From the NCBI RefSeq assembly GCF_009914755.1, contig NC_060942.1: 64,000 nt of DNA. One strand, written 5' to 3'. The notes beneath the pieces were generated by a model. That model was not told the origin of the DNA. It saw nothing but the letters and a program-made list of their open reading frames with translations, and made no database searches. The DNA comes from the human T2T-CHM13v2.0 reference genome, Homo sapiens. A program made the translations under genes and the position numbers. Every line of letters begins with the position of its first letter. Position 1 is the first letter of the stretch. This document shows, piece after piece, positions 56,732 through 64,000 of this stretch.

Positions 56732-59365
56732 CAAGTCCCTTACTATCCAGCCAGACTATTAGCAACTCCCCATGAATTAGTATATGTCTGGCCATCTCTT
56801 GTTCCAAATCTACTGGGCAACCAAATGTACCGCAAAATGGTTTTCCACTGGGAGGGTTTTCCTTACTGCTATCCTTCACAGTTGTCCCTGAGTGAGCCTG
56901 CAGTGCCTAAGCTGTCTGCTGTTGGGTGGTACCAGCCCACCATACAGACCCATCTGTAAATGGGCTTGAGGGTTTTTTTTTTTTCTCTTTGCTTAATTCA
57001 TTATATGTCACTTCCCAGGAGACAACAGATGTAGATTGATGGAGAGGAGGAAATACAACAGTAAGTGTTGAAGGAATCACAGGTACCACCTCATGCCACT
57101 TACTTGTACTTTTCAGACCTGTTTGCACTTGGTCCCTCCTATACCATTTCCACTACATGACTGTTTGCTGTTGCACATGCTAACCGTTAAAGCTGATGAA
57201 TCAGACAATATGTAGTTCATTACAGGAAGCTCAGGCCTAACCATGATTAAGTATTCAGTCTCTATCAAAGCAAAGCCAATAACAGGGCAAAACCTTGCTA
57301 CTGAGAATGGTAGCTGCAGAAGAGGGCATAGATTTGCTTCTAAATCATTGAGGTCTGCACCATAATTGTCCTATTGGAGCCTGCCAGGTACTTTATATTA
57401 TATTTCCATTTGCCATGGACACTTCTAGCATCATCAGATTTGCAGGATCATAAGACTCAAATGGTAGGGAAGATTGCACTGCAGCCAGAACATGCTGCAA
57501 TGACTTTATTTTTTCTGGTCTCCACTCAAAACAAGCATCTTTGTGGGAGACTCTGTAGATTGGTCAAAGCAGCACACTCAAATGTGGTATGTGTTGCTTC
57601 TGAAACCCGAAAAGGATAATCAAGCATTATGCCTCTTTTTTTCATGGTAGATGGTGCAAAGTGCAGCAACTTATCCTTCATCTTGAAGGGAATAGCTTGA
57701 CATGGCTCAAACCATTGAGCCCCCAGAATCATCACTAAGGTGGTGGTCCCTTGAAATGTGTGGGGTTTATTTCCCACCCTCTAGGTTCTATATGACTTAC
57801 TAGGGTATCTAAAGTAACTGTCTACTTCCTGCTCATCAGATTCAATCAGAATAATGTCGACATAGTGTATGGGTGTGATGTTTTGTGGACTGTAGAGATG
57901 ACCACGCTGTCTATGGACTGTATTAGGGCCAGAGGGCAGTAGAGTTGAAAAAGCCCTCAGGCAAGACTGTGAGGGTGAATTTTTGGCCCTGTCAGGTCAA
58001 AGCAAATTGCTTCTGGAGATCCTCATAATTTTGAATAGAGAAAAAGATTTCATCTAGGTCAATAGCTGCACACCACATCTGTTAATTTTCTCAAGTAAAA
58101 TTATTAGGATGCATCTGGGATGGCAGGTGCAATTCGAGCTGCCACCTGATTAAGTTTATGGCAGTACCTAGTCATTCTCTAAGATCCATTCAGCTTCTAC
58201 AGGCCAAACAGGTAACCTAACTGGGGATGTGATGGATATAATTACCTCTGCATCTTTCAAGTCTTTGATGGTGTAATTTTGTAGTTTTCTCAGGGATGTA
58301 ATATCGTTTCTGGTTTACTACCTGTGTCAGGAAGGGAAGTTCCAAGGGCTTCCACTTAGCTTTTCCTGACATATTGGTTCTCATTCCATATGTCAGAGGG
58401 CCAATATGGGGATTCTCCCTGTTTCCAAGATGTCTTTTCTAATTTTACATTCAATAACTGGAGAAGTAACCACAGAGTGGTCTGTAGACTAACTAGGCCA
58501 CTGTAAGTTGAACTTAAGCTAAGGCTCCAAATATTTCTTGATTTCTGAAGGCTCCCGCTCTTGTTTGTGGGACACAGTGGCATTTTCTGTCTCTAAGAAT
58601 TAGAATTAATTCAGAGCCAGTTTCTAGCAATTCCCAAAAAAGTCCAGGTAGTTCCCTTTACCCAATGCACTGTTCTTCTAATAAATGGTCCCAAGTCTCT
58701 AGGGGGGGAAATTTGAGGAAGATTTATAATATGTGCATCAAACATTTGTATATGTATTTTATGTACTTTTATGTATGTTTGTACATATGTACTTCCTCAA
58801 AGAGCCCCAAGCTAGCTTCAATTAATGGATTGTGGGTCTGTTAATTGACTTATGTCTGGAAATTCAGTGAATAATCATGACTCTCCACTGTGGTGACTCA
58901 AGTCAGTTTTGGGGCTACCAGACTTAGAGTCTTCCTGTTACATACACCAAGAAGCACTCTAGTAGGCTGTTTTCTTCCCATGGACACTATGATCAATTAA
59001 CCACCACTGAACATCTTTGAAAGTCTAGGAATTCTTATTACCAGTGCATCTCTGCATCCCTTTATAGTAGATGCACCCACCATGACTTTGGTGGTTAAAT
59101 GTAGCCACTTATCCCCTTTCTTATCCTGCTTCTCTTACCCCCTTTGAAATCATGGAGCCTATCTCAATGGTGGTCTCCACCGCTGTCGTAACTGCTCTAC
59201 AAAGAAGAGCAACCACGAAGCTCTTCAAGGATTCAGGTTCTCCCTTCACTTATGGATTTCTCAATGCTTTAGTTGAGGGAGTGTCTTCTGGGCCTTTTTG
59301 TGCAAGGTAGATGGGGGTGATTAGGATGCAAATTGCCTATGATAAATCCAGTCCAACATTCCTAA

Positions 59366-59902
59366 CTACAATGTGACAGACACTCATCCCACCAAGAGCT
59401 CAGGTCTATATTTCCTCCCTTGAATCTGAGTGAGCAGTTGGAACCACACTGACCAACAGGGTAGAGAGGAAGTAATGCTATGTCTCTCTCTCTTTCTCTC
59501 TCTGCCTGTCTCTCTCTCTCTCTCCTCTCTCTGTTGGACTGCCTGCTCTGGGAGAAGCCAGTTACCATGCCATGAGGACACTCAAACAACCCTGTGGAGA
59601 GGTCCATGTGAAAAGAAACTAAAACTTAACTGCCGACAGCTAATACCAGCTTTCCAGCCCTGTGAGTGAGCTGCCTGGGAAATGGCTCCTGTAGCCCATG
59701 TGAAGCCTTCAAATGGCTGCAGCCCCAGCCAGCATCTGATTACAACTTTACAGAGACCTCAAGCCACAGTGGCTCACTCAAGATGCTCTTGAATTCCCAA
59801 CCCACAGAAATCAGGAGAAAAAACTATTATTATTATTAAACTATTATTTTAAGCCATTATGTTTTAGGGTGATTTATTACACAGCAATAGATAACTAATA
59901 CA
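59366..59902 (+). mobile_element. MLT1F/G-like MaLR LTR with internal (CT)n
   Basis: 'ccctgtggagaggtccatgtg', 3' end 'ttttaagccattatgttttagggtgatttattacacagcaatagataactaataca'. Confidence 0.82.
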
Positions 59903-60558
59903 TATACCTTACTTATGAATACGTACATGTATAATAAAAATAGAGAAAAACATGCCTGGATGTTTTTATATCAGGATAGTTATTACTTGTAGACATAGAA
60001 AGGTGGGGTGGGATTGGGGAAGGGTCCAAAATAAGCTTCAGAGGCAACAGCAATATATTTTTTTAAAGACCTAAAGCAAATATGACACAAAGTAAGATTT
60101 GTTAAGTCTGTATAGTATGTGCATGATATATAATCATATACAATATTATTCTGTGCTTTTCTGTATGTTTAAAAAACTAAATTAAAACAGTAGTGGGGGT
60201 GGGGGGACTAAAAAGGACTTTTGTATAGATCACAATTTTGCCTAAGGTTAAGTCTGCCCCAAGTTCTCAATGGCCATTGACACCACACTTAATCTGTCTA
60301 GGCTTTAGCTTTTCAGTGGAAATCTCAGGAGACCTCAAGCTTTCTATTTTTGCTATAGAGAATGTGGCAGAAGAATGTCCCCAAATTGCTTGGCAATCCT
60401 CCTAGAAGCAGAGCTGTGGGGGTTATTTTCTAGAGCCATGTATACACTGAAGGCGCTGTTCATAGCCCTCTACGGGACTGCTTTTGTAGGTTTTATCTTT
60501 GTGAGTGAAAACATATATGAGGGACTTAAAGGAACATCATATTATGGATCATAGAGGG

Positions 60559-60875
<317 letters not shown>

Positions 60876-61565
60876 ACAGAGCTTTAAAGTGGAACTCCTG
60901 TTCATCCTTTCTCTCATGGCAGGGATGTCTTTTACAATGTCCCTGACGGGTGGTGAATCAAGCCCTGCTTTAACACCTGATGGTGACAGGTGCTCATTCC
61001 ATGGGGCAGTGTGTTCTGCAGATGGGCGTGGAAGGTGCTCAGCTCCTGCTGAGAGAAGCCCTGGTGGCTCTCACTCACTGCTTTTAGCTTCTAAAGCAAC
61101 ACATTAGAAGTCTACTCACTTCTACATGACAGCCCTTCAAATCAATGTTTGGAAACAACAATCTGGTCCTTCTTCAGACATCCCCGCTCCTGGTAAAACA
61201 TCCTCAGCTCTTTCAAAAAGAAAAGACTCTGGCAATTCTTGAATACCTGTTATACATGGCCTGGTGCTTACACAGGGTTTTATATAATCTTCAAATTTTC
61301 TGTGATTATCTACAGAACAGATAGAGAAACGGAGGCCCAGGGCACGTGAGTGACTTCACCTAAGGTTAGAAGGCTGGAAAAGCAGCAAAGCCACATAACG
61401 AAGACTGACTGAGCCCACGGACCTTCTGCTACTCTGTGGGGCTTTTGAAACATGGAGGCTCATGGGACACCGAAGCCCTCCCTGCCTTCTTCACTTCCTC
61501 CATGTTCTGCCACACAACTCCTAAGATGTGATGCTGAGAAATGGACATGATATGATGCTTTTTAA

Positions 61566-61613
61566 CATTACTTTAAAGGCAAAAACTGCAATTACTATTG
61601 CACCAATTTAATA
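61566..61613. mobile_element. Half MADE1 (mariner-derived MITE)
   Basis: 'cattactttaaaggcaaaaactgcaattactattgcaccaatttaata' matches one MADE1 terminal inverted repeat. Confidence 0.7.
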
Positions 61614-61670
61614 TTTTAGTTTATTTGTTCTTCTTTCCAACCCTTTGAGATATGCAGCAAAGGCATTAGA

Positions 61671-62020
<350 letters not shown>

Positions 62021-62482
62021 CTAAAGAAACCAACCGACCCTTCGGTAAAGGATTGGGATGTAAACCCACATCTTCACACTCCACATCAGTCTTTTCCATT
62101 GCACTAAGACCACAATAATCCGGAATCTCATCAGCATGAAGAACTGGTTCCATGTGAATCAATCTGGATTTAAGTATTAATTAACACAGCCTAAAATGAC
62201 TTTAGCCTCTTTGGCAATCATATGACACTATTGCCTTATACAGTTAGAAAGTACTCTCCCTACCCCCAAATCTCTTTTTTTATTTGTTTGTTTTACAAAA
62301 ACTGCTGTGACATCATATCTTCTCCTTGTGCCACGGAGTTGCATTGATCCTTATCAAACTCCCTCTTCCTTCCCTCGAAATGTGCCCAATCCCACAGCTC
62401 CAGCTAGGTCAGGGGGTATTTTGAACTATCCCTGTGTCACCCAATATAGTATCAACTCCCATAAGAACTAGACCACTCATAC

Positions 62483-62781
<299 letters not shown>

Positions 62782-63281
62782 TTTGCTATGCACGTGCTTG
62801 TTCTCATCATGGAGCTATTGATCACACTGCTGGAAAGCACAGCACTGAGGATGGAGCCCTAGGGCACAGATTCCAAGTACAGTTTCCTGAGGAAATATGA
62901 TGGCAGAGTATATGTTCAGATGCCACCATTGCATCTTGACTGTGACAACCATGGGTGTGTAGAGAGGGAGCAGCGTGAGTGTCACCGCCACTCCCCCACC
63001 CCACCCCGAGATATACCCCCTCCATCCAGCAGCGGGAGGCTGATGAATTTGGAAGGAGAGAGACACATGTGGAGACATCTCCCACATCCTCCTGACATAA
63101 AATCATTATTCTATTTCATTACAGACCATGCTCAAGGTCACCATGAAGGTCATTCAGTGCCACTGCTTTTCCCCACCTCTGCCTCACCGGTAGACTTCAA
63201 GTTGCTTGGAAAAATCCTATCCCAGCTTCCTCATTTTGGAGCTTCCTCTTAACTGAAGTAGACCACCCCCCACCAAGCCAA

Positions 63282-63311
63282 CACACACACACACAGACAC
63301 ACACACACACA
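63282..63311. repeat. (CA)n microsatellite
   Basis: Direct reading, one interruption. Confidence 0.95.
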
Positions 63312-63965
63312 GCTTGACTCTTTCTAATTACTTAGTACCCTCTCCTTTTCCTGTTACCATTTTCTCCCAAACAGATGGTGTTTATAGACAGAAAAGAAAT
63401 GGGAGTTATTCAGCTGCAAGGCTGGTAATTGATACCCAGAAATCTACCCTCCAAAGACACCAGCAGAGGGGGGCTCTCATGGATGCAGCAACTAAAATGG
63501 CTTGGAGCAGAGACCGACTCACCTGGCCTGGGCCGTGTCCAAGGGGCAGGACAACAACTTAGTGTGCTAGAAGCCAGCTAGTGAGGTGTGTGTTCCTGGC
63601 TGGCTTTTTCCTGCTTCCCTTTGAATTTCCAGGGCTGTATGTGTGAGCTTTATGTTCATGCAGCCGGCAGCAAACAGAGACCTGCTTTTCCCTGAGCTGG
63701 TTGGCAGCCACACTGCCAGCAGCTATTTGCTGAGTTTCTGCTTGATTCCTGTACTCTACTCTCCACTTGTTGCTGTGGGAGACCCAAGAGAAATGCAAAG
63801 GCTCTTAGGGTGATGAGCAGGCTGTGCTGTCAGGGCACTCTGCCCTTTTAGAAATGCCCTAGCCAAAGGGATTTGAAGATAGGACAGGAGGCAGAGAGGG
63901 AATGAAGGGGAGAGAGTGTGTTTGTATATTAGGAACTATAGGAATAATCGTTAAATGTGGAATAT

Positions 63966-63967
<2 letters not shown>

Positions 63968-64000
<33 letters not shown>
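63968..64000. repeat. (CA)n microsatellite running off the window end
   Basis: Direct reading. Confidence 0.97.

Larger units (their letters stand above)
55035..59365 (-). mobile_element. Decayed ERVL-class endogenous retrovirus internal region (gag-pol-integrase)
   Basis: Minus-strand peptides QWAHACGTNYSCYIPYHLEMTGLMESLNVFLKTKLQHQL (integrase), CQAIPFKMKDKLLHFAP (RT region) and ITPIHYVDIILI near 57845-57880 (damaged YxDD). Confidence 0.85.

Noticed and set aside
63458-63477. CTCF-like sequence ccagcagaggggggc (a weaker one lies near 32462)
   Set aside because: Lacks the conserved C in the GGC core; a motif match alone is not sufficient

Overview
This is primate (almost certainly human) genomic DNA, rich in Alu, L1, L2, MIR and LTR repeats, not a prokaryotic region. 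It holds one intact spliced gene, SEC11C (catalytic subunit of the ER signal peptidase complex), on the + strand. I reassembled it by hand from 6 coding exons (7229-7315, 16793-16902, 19816-19965, 22968-23087, 24888-24945, 25912-25965; 579 nt, 192 aa, all introns GT-AG), with a CpG-island promoter and an AATAAA at 26092. About 10 kb downstream, a processed SRP19 pseudogene (35754-36624) sits inside an old L1. The rest is nested repeats, including a decayed ERVL internal region (about 55035-59365). Almost all ORFs in the six-frame track are spurious or repeat-derived. I found no new multi-gene biological system. The best second-look items are: (1) a possible fossil coding exon for an unrecognised membrane protein at 2557-2824; (2) a local templated insertion, 1782-1986 copied to 4469-4691; (3) a new 15-mer tandem array inside the SRP19 retrocopy; (4) an orphan L1 ORF2 patch matching a segment deleted from the neighbouring L1; (5) the ER/Golgi-stress and ZNF143-type motif architecture of the SEC11C promoter. 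Repeat subfamily names and reference-protein comparisons come from my memory of consensus sequences, and old-repeat boundaries are approximate.
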